64,000 bases of DNA from Planctomycetota bacterium (GTDB taxonomy: Bacteria > Planctomycetota > PLA2 > JAEUHO01). The position numbers and the translations under genes were made by a program. Shown here piece after piece: positions 21,301 through 27,625 of this stretch. Location of the stretch: NCBI GenBank assembly GCA_965222115.1, contig CBDCTJ010000005.1, positions 64,001-128,000 of the forward strand. The letters run 5' to 3'. How positions within the stretch are numbered: the first letter of the stretch is position 1; every line of letters begins with the position of its first letter. The notes under the pieces were generated by a model that saw only the letters and a list, made by a program, of their open reading frames with translations, did no database searches and was not told where the DNA came from.

Positions 21301-21647
21301 GCGGTGATACTGATGGAGAGAAAAACAAGAAGAAAAATAAAAAGGATGAGAAAGAAGAGGCAAAGGACGGATTGTTCGCGAGAGAGCGAATACATGATCT
21401 CATTTGGGAGCATCTGAATAGGGGATCCTGGCCACCCAATGCGGGAAAGGGAGGAGGGACATTCAAGAACGACGGCCGGGGCGGAACCGACGTAATCCGA
21501 GGTGCACCTGCCGGCACAACGTACAGGGAGTACGATTTACCTAGCGACGCTCAGGACCGCGGAAACAACCGGCTAATCATCGGATCGGATGGTTCGGCGC
21601 ACGTGACCAATGACCACTACACTCGCATTAGCAACATTGCTAGATAG
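15321..21647 (+). CDS. RHS/YD-repeat polymorphic toxin with N-terminal signal/TM and C-terminal microbial (barnase/RNase Sa-type) ribonuclease domain
   Basis: Many YD repeats; Rhs core end GNPFLFTGREFDAESGMYHYRARAYDPETGRFLQRDPLG...PSTSVDPSG (DPSG at 20901-20912); tip GGGTFKND...YREYD...RGNNRLIIGSDG...TNDHY. Start ATG 15321. Confidence 0.93.
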   Translation: MASKNRNSRKRSKKDSRPETPRPWVHTPLGLVAVGLATYALAFLVLTGGRRILAEAAPPSPIVITDFGMKDTSTTGNPKESYNLAGQAGGIYQVDNANRHAVSFTSLKPAHSNNAVQQIDLDKTSGDVIYGASNGEIVRVDMTTNTSTTVGTVSGADFKVAAADNNSSSVDAWAIDANTNSLYEFKSSGPSVLGNPSFGQGPTELAGPKPGNNNVVALGDGSAEIYRLDVTLLVDYDDTFAGTNVEPTGLAVADADYCYVSINDGSTAKVLQVDLRASTFGFVTPVMGTYSNVSAVDISVAGPWVTVLMSDSANNETTARVFDVGVPSSPLYVGSVDLSLGYQAYGGLTTSLIGGETYDDLEFVWANATQDMSVTTGRDVDNEWTYGTATTVASGLNPVVTPAAPGSHNQAALGCCGPCPPWGPEGQGEVRHNGTCGTATMFPGGASGGGRIQGSTGGALSICSLGSFPGRGKGLEIELTYRSRSNFPYRYGNGCNLSQDVRLKTETNGDLTFQSAYGRMDTYVSNGAGGFVSPRHYDTTLVASGSGHTITDRFGQTATFDANGYRTSLADRYGNTHTFTYSSDKLTKITDSLGRIYNFNYDTTGRLSSVVDFGGRTWTLKYDYIGNLRQLTTPASAQFPNGRTTTYSYSPRNADSRLQGNLIHVENPGDEVVQTLKYNEHDMVVEEVRGDTSKIISYDITNNQTTFVDHAGNTTRWTFDANAMVTETKIYTKGLRTGEPTAFTTAYTIDSVSGFVKAVVYPRGNRTDYTYDSSLNLTEVRHRTTDTSTNSGTDLVTSYQYTAQYNQMSQVTDPKGNVTSMTVDSSGNTTAVSRPAVTQPTSQSIAETFAYDSYGRITSATDAESRVTNFVYYTSGSQNGYLHKVIRDPDGLSITTTFQYDQYGNVTSVTDPSGATTTITVDAENFVTQIQAPTPLNYKRKFTYDANRNLTLLETENRDKDGTLDPTTPWIETSYTYNEMGWRLTATQDLTSSSQAVTTYEYDGEGKVTKIQSPTGEETKIEYDERALLFKLTRGYGAAEASTIQVDYDANGNRSKTINGEGDATNFTYDLFDRATKRTNALSHYVSWTYDKNGNVLTAAAYNASNVLQAKTTNHFDEVNRIWKRVQDRFGSGLTPSYPTVTIQHDKTGRVTEIKDPLNNKTTYSYDTAGRQTKVQDAVGNETEWVLDARGQATKIKRKDIPTAGGSETFETEFVYDALGRLTSKREIDRLNASNILTTNFSYDSRENLTFRVDAEGNPVRWAYDLANRQTSYERALAIGTSIDDFTNSILETASFDASGRLTSVTDDNLNTTSYSYDALSRVFKTTFADTKFVTRTFDKNDRVKTWTDQNGTVVTNTYDMLSRLTSRTVNRATGVLGTTSETYSYDALNRMLTAKDNDYEVQFTYDSVGNELKETQGYTVTGQEKWRTVTSTYTDAGSRSAIQYPSAFSVLHQRDAIYRMTAMVDSAASTNIASFTFQGAGRLAKTTNQNSTTTDHGYDGFARLSQLDHKNGSAQSFHTFDYLYDKVHNRRMEKNSFNATWIGSLPTGIQPFLNARNGKGDVYAYDMAYRMVDTRYDVTNPATEVGTPGSQTYVTKQVYTLDGLGNRSQTQQTPWGGSATTVAYSFNAMNEYTAIGGTSRTHDSNGNLTDDGTQTYHYDYKNRLVEVRVSGSSTVVAKYKYDALGRRVEKHVVSGAVTTRYILDGQDIVEEFDGNNTWLARYFHEDRIDHPRAMDRADIADVDGDSNTAEILRFTYHQNALGNVSEISAPGGGVVEWVTYDAYGKATVRNSAGTTQGSSYVGNPFLFTGREFDAESGMYHYRARAYDPETGRFLQRDPLGYVDGLGLYEYVGSRPSTSVDPSGALSEATEAAIKKAEAAFKKWAAKNQQMQSLVAKLLAEIAKLRKARQGNDTKRRQLKKKKQTDECVKEIAVLSASIAQQDSQIKKLLEQLKEIKKSDEYKKAKKEAEDAKSDFEDALKDAIDAIDNDNTTSGDTDGEKNKKKNKKDEKEEAKDGLFARERIHDLIWEHLNRGSWPPNAGKGGGTFKNDGRGGTDVIRGAPAGTTYREYDLPSDAQDRGNNRLIIGSDGSAHVTNDHYTRISNIAR

Positions 21648-21700
21648 TACGTTAGAGTTGCGTACTTGGCTTAGACTCGCATCCACAGGAGTACCAGGCT

Positions 21701-22279
21701 GTGTATGACATCGAGGGCTTCTGCGTCAAGGCGATCTCAGAATTAAAGAGTGAGTCCAAGATTGAGTTCAGAGAGGGGCTTTCTAAATCGAAAATACTCT
21801 CTTATGAAACAGAATTTGATTGCAAGTTTCCACCGGAGTTGAAGGTTTTCCTTGAAATCGCCGTACCGGTGGGCCACGGTTGGCCCAAGTGGCATGGACG
21901 GGCCTCCGATCTGGTTCGAGGCGTTAGAGAGTTCTTCGAATACGTCTTTCGCACTGCAATACGCGATGACTATGCGGTATGGGTCCCGAGCAGATGGGGA
22001 ATTCGACCGACGGATGATAAAGAGGCAGTGTCAATCGCACTTCAAGACATTCGTTCTCTACCACCACTGATTCCTATCTACAAGATTAGGCATATCCCAT
22101 CCTTCCCTGCAAAGGTGGGCAATCCAATTTACTCGATCTACAGTCCGTATGATTCGGTAGTGTACGGGGTGGACTTTCCTGAGTATCTTCACAATGAGTT
22201 CGGAGTCAGCGTTCCTGAGGATCACACGCCGCACTTCCGAGCCGCGCCACATTGGCATGACTTGCTGACCACTTGCTAA
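21701..22279 (+). CDS. Putative immunity protein, SMI1/KNR4 (SUKH) superfamily
   Basis: GLS...I...E.EF...FPPELK.FL...VPVG.GWP.W and LPPLIPIY...IP..P...GNPIYSI...D.VVYG.DF..YL..EF; immediately after toxin; GGAG RBS; AT-richer codons. Confidence 0.78.
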   Translation: MYDIEGFCVKAISELKSESKIEFREGLSKSKILSYETEFDCKFPPELKVFLEIAVPVGHGWPKWHGRASDLVRGVREFFEYVFRTAIRDDYAVWVPSRWGIRPTDDKEAVSIALQDIRSLPPLIPIYKIRHIPSFPAKVGNPIYSIYSPYDSVVYGVDFPEYLHNEFGVSVPEDHTPHFRAAPHWHDLLTTC

Positions 22280-22334
22280 GATACCGCAAAGGATAACCGT
22301 GCCGAGATACCAGATACCGCAGATACCGTGCCGC
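22279..22334 (+). repeat. Short imperfect tandem repeat of AGATACC(G)
   Basis: AGATACC at 22279, 22305, 22312, 22321; variant GGATAACC at 22291; ACCGTGCCG twice (22296, 22325). Confidence 0.75.
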
Positions 22335-22520
22335 ATCTTCTCTCACCAACTTCGTGACTTTCGACTTTCGCACCTCCAAGTACGCTCCGCGTGATTCACC
22401 GGCGCGACCCGGCACAAAGGATGACGGCCGTGGAGACGAAGAGCAGTTTCGGGGCCTAACCACTCCTTCGACATCTTCAAGAGAGTCGAGCACATCGCCT
22501 TGTCACGGTAAACTATAGAA

Positions 22521-23384
22521 ATGCCCGGTCGCCCACTACCGCACCGCCTGCGTCGACTGATATGGACGGCTTGTATTCCCGCAACAGTTGCCGCGATCAT
22601 CATGTCTATTGAGTTCGTAAGCAACACCCAGCGCGCGTCGCCAAAGCCATTTACATGGATTCGACCTCACGTGGAAGCGCCAGCGTTGGCAACAAAGCCA
22701 ATCGACAATACGTTGCTCCATCTCATGGAACGGATGCACCCGTATTCAGCACGGGCGGCTACGCCAAGAAACCAGCAACTATCCGCGCCGACTATCCCCC
22801 CACTACGCGCCTTCGCCATCTCTATGTGGATACACGGCGCATCCGGAACTACGCTGACTCTTCGTTGCAAAGATCCAGCCCACGACATCGCGTATTGCAT
22901 CGGCACCGACAAGCCAGATCGAGACGTGAAACTCGTTTACGTGGACGTGGATGACAAGCTTGCGCGGTTTACCGTCAATCGCGGCGACGAGCAGCACACG
23001 TTTAAGTTCAATCGCAGCCGCGAATTTCACAGCAACGTGATTCGTTTTAGTCCGCCTCGTCCTAATCCACCGAGCGCACGACGGAGCGAGGATGGCTATC
23101 ACGCCCAAGTCATTGCAGGCACCGCGCACACAGCCCTCAAAGCCGTCCCTTTCTATGACACTCGCGGTATGTGTATCGGTATGCGTGTGACAGGGGTTCG
23201 ATCCAACTCGGATTGGGCGACACGCGGCATCGTACGGGGCGACGTGTTGCTAATGGCTGACGGCATATCGATGCGTGAACCGGCCGAGTTCAGAAGGCGA
23301 ATCCGCGCCGGCTGGTCGCCAAGCTCGATTCGCATCGGGCGACTTAAGAACGGAACGCTGAACAAGACCGTTCTCGGTGGATAG
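22521..23384 (+). CDS. Single-pass membrane protein with C-terminal PDZ domain, GspC-like architecture
   Basis: N-terminal TM (LIWTACIPATVAAIIMSIEFV), central beta-rich region, PDZ-like AVPFYDTRGMCIGMRVTGVRSNSDWATRGIVRGDVLLMADG. Confidence 0.55.
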   Translation: MPGRPLPHRLRRLIWTACIPATVAAIIMSIEFVSNTQRASPKPFTWIRPHVEAPALATKPIDNTLLHLMERMHPYSARAATPRNQQLSAPTIPPLRAFAISMWIHGASGTTLTLRCKDPAHDIAYCIGTDKPDRDVKLVYVDVDDKLARFTVNRGDEQHTFKFNRSREFHSNVIRFSPPRPNPPSARRSEDGYHAQVIAGTAHTALKAVPFYDTRGMCIGMRVTGVRSNSDWATRGIVRGDVLLMADGISMREPAEFRRRIRAGWSPSSIRIGRLKNGTLNKTVLGG

Positions 23385-23546
23385 GGGGATGGCCCATTCC
23401 AGGTAACGGTGAGAGGCAACAAGCACTCCCGGAAGCGACGACATTGGCCGGGTTTGGCTCGGATGGGCACTGACCTCGAGGCTCTAACCTCTCGTTGCGA
23501 GGACGGGCAATTCATTGCTGGTTCAGCAGCCAACGAAACGCATGCG

Positions 23547-23579
23547 CTCCGCGCCTCTGCAACTTGGCGCCTCTGCGTG
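23547..23579 (-). repeat. Right copy of 33-bp inverted repeat
   Basis: CTCCGCGCCTCTGCAACTTGGCGCCTCTGCGTG, the reverse complement of 13237-13269 with 1 mismatch. Confidence 0.9.
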
Positions 23580-23648
23580 CGATAGCCCAATCCTAACGAA
23601 TGGGCGCGCCCCCGCCCACAGCTCAACAGCAAGCCGGCCCACCGCATG

Positions 23649-23657
23649 TGGTAGACT
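23649..23657 (+). promoter_or_regulatory. Extended -10 element (TG-n-TAGACT), probable leaderless or short-leader promoter
   Basis: TGGTAGACT ends 9 nt before ATG 23667; no SD; the same GGTAGACTTC word precedes ftsH at the same spacing. Confidence 0.4.
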
Positions 23658-23666
23658 TCTTTGCCT

Positions 23667-24878
23667 ATGCCTCATCGCATTTCCCGTTACGCCGTGTTCG
23701 CACCGATCCTCGCCATGCTCGTGGTGCTGTCGGTGGTCTTGCAGCCTCTACCCGTGCGCGCCGACGCCGAGTTGGGGCAGGATCTCGTGACGCCCCAGAC
23801 CATGCGGGCGATTCGCAGGGGCACGAAGTTTTTGGTGTCGCTGCAGCGTCCCGATGGCTCGTGGCCGAGCGATGCGGGTAAGAAGATCAACGAGCGCTAT
23901 AGTCGGTTTCCGAAGGGCTCAAACGTCTCGCATGTGGGTGTGACGAGCTTGGCGGCATTGGCGTTGCTCGCCGGTGGTCATCTTCCGGGTCGAGGCCCTT
24001 ATGGCAAAGCCATGGAACGCGCGATCGACTACATCGCCGCACAGGTGCGTGACTCGGGTTACATCACGGCCAATGGCACGCGCATGTATAGCCACGCCTT
24101 CGCCACGTTGGCGCTAGCTGAGGTTTACGGACAAACCAACGACGCTTCGATTCACCGCAAGCTGCAAGAAGCAGTGCAGTTCACCATTAAGTCGCAAAAT
24201 CAAACGGGCGGTTGGCGCTACGTGCCGCAGACCAATGACAGCGACATGAGCGTTGCGGTGTGTCAGGTAGTTGCTCTTCGTGCTGCGCGCAACGTGGGCA
24301 TCAAAGTGCCGCGTCGCACGATTGACCGCGCGCTCCGTTATGTCTTAGGCAGCGCCGTTCCCGGGCCGCGTGGCCCCACGGGCGCGTTTTATTACCAGCC
24401 GCAGGACCAACACCAACACAACCGCGATAGTTTCGCACTGTGTGCCGCCGGACTCACCACGCTCTTCCAGGCGGGCCTCTACGACAACAAGATGTTGCGT
24501 CGCAAGGCCAAGGAACTCGGTGTGCCGCCGAGGAGCGTGCCGGATATTCAGGCGTCAGTTGCTTATATGCGCGATCGCTACCGCCGCATTCACGGTCGCT
24601 ACGGCGGTCCCGATCATTACTTCTACTACTACGGCAACTACTACGCCGCCCAGGCCATGTACCAGGTTGGTGGCAAGCACCCGAGCGTGTGGCGCAGTTG
24701 GTACCGCATGGTTCGCGACGACTTGCTCGAAATGCAACGCAACCGCAAGGCATCGGGCTCCGGCGAGCGCGAGTATTACTGGAAGAGCAACGTGGACGAC
24801 ACCCACGCCTACGCCACCGCATCGGCGCTGCTCATTCTTCAGTTCCCGCTGGACCACTTGCCGATTCACCAGCGGTAG
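23667..24878 (+). CDS. Secreted prenyltransferase/squalene oxidase repeat (alpha6-alpha6 barrel) protein
   Basis: Signal peptide ending VRA; QW-type repeats QRPDGSW and QNQTGGWRY; VGVTSLAALALLAGG; MYSHAFATLALAEVYG; SDMSVAVCQVVALRAARNVG; HYFYYYGNYYAAQAMYQ. Confidence 0.88.
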   Translation: MPHRISRYAVFAPILAMLVVLSVVLQPLPVRADAELGQDLVTPQTMRAIRRGTKFLVSLQRPDGSWPSDAGKKINERYSRFPKGSNVSHVGVTSLAALALLAGGHLPGRGPYGKAMERAIDYIAAQVRDSGYITANGTRMYSHAFATLALAEVYGQTNDASIHRKLQEAVQFTIKSQNQTGGWRYVPQTNDSDMSVAVCQVVALRAARNVGIKVPRRTIDRALRYVLGSAVPGPRGPTGAFYYQPQDQHQHNRDSFALCAAGLTTLFQAGLYDNKMLRRKAKELGVPPRSVPDIQASVAYMRDRYRRIHGRYGGPDHYFYYYGNYYAAQAMYQVGGKHPSVWRSWYRMVRDDLLEMQRNRKASGSGEREYYWKSNVDDTHAYATASALLILQFPLDHLPIHQR

Positions 24879-24935
24879 CTCTCAATGCCGCAATTGACGT
24901 GAACCCTCCGCGGCCCGAATCGTTCAGGTCGCTAT

Positions 24936-26024
24936 ATGTATTGGGCAAGGCACATCACCACGGTTCTTGCGCTTCTTCTCGTAGCATGTGGTCCGTGCGG
25001 GGGCGGTCCGTGTGGGGGCAATGTGCACGAAGTTCAATCTTTCGAGGTTCCGCGAGAACCCGCTTCGTCGGCGTCGGAAAACGGTGAACAGAATGTCAAG
25101 CGAGGTAGACGACGGCTTGAGGTGCGCGACCCCATGCTGTCGCATATCCATAACCCTACGCGGGACGACAATGGCTCGAGCATGCTTGCCGATGCATTTC
25201 GGCGTAGCGATCTAGCTCACGAGGCGTTGGGCTTGACCGCGTACGCGTGTCTAGCAAGCGGCTACACCCATCGTGGCAAGGAACCGTGTAGTCGCCTCGT
25301 CGGGCGTGCAATTCGTAAATTCAAGGATGAGGTCCGCGCCCTCGACTCAAGTAGACCACCTTCGCTCAATCCTTTGATAGCCCTCGTATTGATTAAGTCC
25401 TATGGCATGACGGGAAATGTGTGGATACGAGCGGAAGCGCAGCGCGCCCTGACCGACGCTGCCAACCAGTGTCGTCGGGGCGGAGTCACTGACGAAACTA
25501 CGGCGGGCTGGATGCTCTTGACGCTCATGTACGCGCGACGGACAAACAATGGTATGCAGCGGCGCCACAAGGGCACAAAGCAACTGCTTAATATTGACGA
25601 GTCATCGTTCGCAATTCTTGCCGACTGGTGCGGTGATGACGTACGCAACTCGTATCGCCGTCGTGCCGTCGCCGCCCTCGCCACACTCCTGTTCGCGCCC
25701 AAGGACACGGCGCGCGCCGAGCTTGAATCGATCGCTCGTGATCTTACGAGGCGCCCTTACTCAAGAGATACTCGGGACGGCACGACCGATTTGATTGGAT
25801 CCGTGTTTGCGGGCATCGCCCTCGGCTTTGTCGACTCAAATGTCGCGCTGGCATGGAGACAGAAGACTTCCGGTGCGGCAAACGAACAGTCGCACGCACT
25901 CCAAGAACAGGCAAAGGCAAGTACCATCAACGCGAGATCCATACGAACGCTTGCCTTGCTTGCTATGCTCGAAAAAAAGACGTGGTTGGGGTATGACCTT
26001 CCGTCCATCGACACGGTGCGTTAG
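24936..26024 (+). CDS. Divergent prenyltransferase-repeat-like protein, possible lipoprotein
   Basis: LLLVAC lipobox-like; LGLTAYACLASGYTHRG, IALVLIKSYGMTG and DETTAGWMLLTLMYARR echo helices of the upstream barrel family, but the QxxxGxW repeats are missing. Confidence 0.5.
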   Translation: MYWARHITTVLALLLVACGPCGGGPCGGNVHEVQSFEVPREPASSASENGEQNVKRGRRRLEVRDPMLSHIHNPTRDDNGSSMLADAFRRSDLAHEALGLTAYACLASGYTHRGKEPCSRLVGRAIRKFKDEVRALDSSRPPSLNPLIALVLIKSYGMTGNVWIRAEAQRALTDAANQCRRGGVTDETTAGWMLLTLMYARRTNNGMQRRHKGTKQLLNIDESSFAILADWCGDDVRNSYRRRAVAALATLLFAPKDTARAELESIARDLTRRPYSRDTRDGTTDLIGSVFAGIALGFVDSNVALAWRQKTSGAANEQSHALQEQAKASTINARSIRTLALLAMLEKKTWLGYDLPSIDTVR

Positions 26025-26072
26025 CAAACGGTAGCCGGCGCTCAACGATCAACGGCAAGTGATCTTGCGGAG

Positions 26073-26975
26073 CTACTCCCACATCAACGAAATACGGCTC
26101 GGCGGTTTCTCTCGCGAAAATGGAACCAATACCTTGATTTCACCCGGATCCTCAGGCGCGCCAATACGAACCACATGACTCGTGATCCACTTGCCTTGGT
26201 CGTCGTATTGCTCAACCCGCGCATAGCCCGCCGCTAGCGACTCCAGCACCCGGCGCAGTGCCAATCCGGTGTTCTCGGAGCTTGCAAGCGATTCAACGTC
26301 CGCCTGCGAGGCGGGATACCCGGGGAGACGGTTCATGGTGAGCTGCAACTGGCGGCCACCGGACGCCGATTCCACGCCTTCCACCTTGAGATAGGACGCA
26401 AACGGACCGGGGTCGAGTTGCACGGATTTCACATTGACCGGCCCGACCTTGTTCCAAACCTTGGCAAAGAGCTCCTTGTAGTCCACGAAAATCGACGACA
26501 CGAGAAACGCTCCGCAGAGCACAAGAAATGCCAGTGCGGCGGTTTTCAATAGTTGCGCACGGCTCAGCGGTTTGCTCGCAGCGCGTGTGTTGGCGTCTAC
26601 GGTTCGTTGACGCGCTTCTACGTGCCCACCGGAAATCACGTACAGCGTCTGTGTTTCGGTGCCTTTATCCCATTGAGTCGTTCGAATCGTAGAAAACAGT
26701 GAAGCGCGCTGCTCCGCGGGTGCCATGTCCACAAGTTGCTGCAAAAGATCGCGCAGGGGCACGGATACGTCGGGATGTTGCGCGTGCGCCGGACGGTTGT
26801 CGCCGAGCAAGCTGAAGTTGCCCCCATCCAACTCGATCGAGAAGCCGTATCCACCTGAACGTGCAAGCGTTGTCCATTCAACAAGCCGATCACGAAACGA
26901 CTCATCGCCCCAAACCGGACCCTCCAAGAGTCCGTCCACGGAAAAGGTGCCCACTTCGCGCACTTGTGCACTCAT
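26073..26975 (-). CDS. Hypothetical single-pass membrane protein
   Basis: 300-aa ORF with central TM (AALAFLVLCGAFLVSSIFV); 2 nt after the upstream - strand gene. Confidence 0.65.
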   Translation of the reverse strand: MSAQVREVGTFSVDGLLEGPVWGDESFRDRLVEWTTLARSGGYGFSIELDGGNFSLLGDNRPAHAQHPDVSVPLRDLLQQLVDMAPAEQRASLFSTIRTTQWDKGTETQTLYVISGGHVEARQRTVDANTRAASKPLSRAQLLKTAALAFLVLCGAFLVSSIFVDYKELFAKVWNKVGPVNVKSVQLDPGPFASYLKVEGVESASGGRQLQLTMNRLPGYPASQADVESLASSENTGLALRRVLESLAAGYARVEQYDDQGKWITSHVVRIGAPEDPGEIKVLVPFSREKPPSRISLMWE

Positions 26976-26977
26976 CG

Positions 26978-27565
26978 CTAGGACAGAAAACTCGAACGAA
27001 ACATTTGAATCTCACTCAATGGTCGCCAATTTTCCATTCCGTCTCTCCATACAAGGGTGGTGCCATCGATCTTGCCGTCCGCAAGTCCCTTACGTAAGGC
27101 CGCGGCCGACACCGGCCCACACTCTCCCGCCCCGGTGTCGTACTTCCACTCCTTGACTGGGACGACAGGCTCGTCTAACTCCTGATGCTCAGCGGCGTCT
27201 GAATCACCCGGGAGCGCCTGGGGACCGTCGTCGTGCATGCCGTGTCCCGCGGGCAGTGGGGTAATGCGGCGCGTGTCTATTCCAAGCGAACCGTCATGGG
27301 CGTTCAGCCGGGCTTCTGCGTGACGACGATGCGCCTCGTTTTTCATCTGTTCCTGACGAAGTTTTTCACGGAGCCTTCGCCGCTCGGATCGTGCGGCTAC
27401 TCGGTGACGCTCGCGTTCACGTTCATTGGAGACCACCAATACGATGATTAATCCAATGAGCCCCAGAAGGAAGCCGATAAAGAACCAGCCGAGTGGATTG
27501 CGGCCCTTGTTCGATGCAATAATCGCGCAAGCCGCCGCACAAATGACCGCAACAATCCAAACCAC
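26978..27565 (-). CDS. Membrane protein with C-terminal GYF_2 (DUF4339) domain
   Basis: N-terminal IASNKGRNPLGWFFIGFLLG TM hairpin, coiled coil, WKY...GPVS...L...GKIDGTTLVWRDGMENWRPL. Confidence 0.8.
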   Translation of the reverse strand: MVWIVAVICAAACAIIASNKGRNPLGWFFIGFLLGLIGLIIVLVVSNERERERHRVAARSERRRLREKLRQEQMKNEAHRRHAEARLNAHDGSLGIDTRRITPLPAGHGMHDDGPQALPGDSDAAEHQELDEPVVPVKEWKYDTGAGECGPVSAAALRKGLADGKIDGTTLVWRDGMENWRPLSEIQMFRSSFLS

Positions 27566-27625
27566 GGAATGACCTCACCCGGTGACGATCACGGCATTAT
27601 GCCTGCCTCCGCGTGCCCCTGCAAG

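Larger units (their letters stand above)
13237..23579. mobile_element. Putative inverted-repeat-bounded polymorphic toxin island (no transposase or integrase inside)
   Basis: 33-bp inverted repeat at both ends; toxin/immunity cargo; visibly AT-richer sub-regions; separates MoxR-cluster genes from the prenyltransferase-repeat gene. No target-site duplication seen. Confidence 0.45.

Noticed and set aside
22336-22520. Orphan Rhs tip or second immunity fragment after the SUKH gene
   Set aside because: No DPxG or core remnant and no convincing ORF in the frames examined.
23667-24878. Squalene-hopene cyclase call
   Set aside because: Only about 400 aa (single barrel), has a signal peptide and lacks the DxDD catalytic motif.
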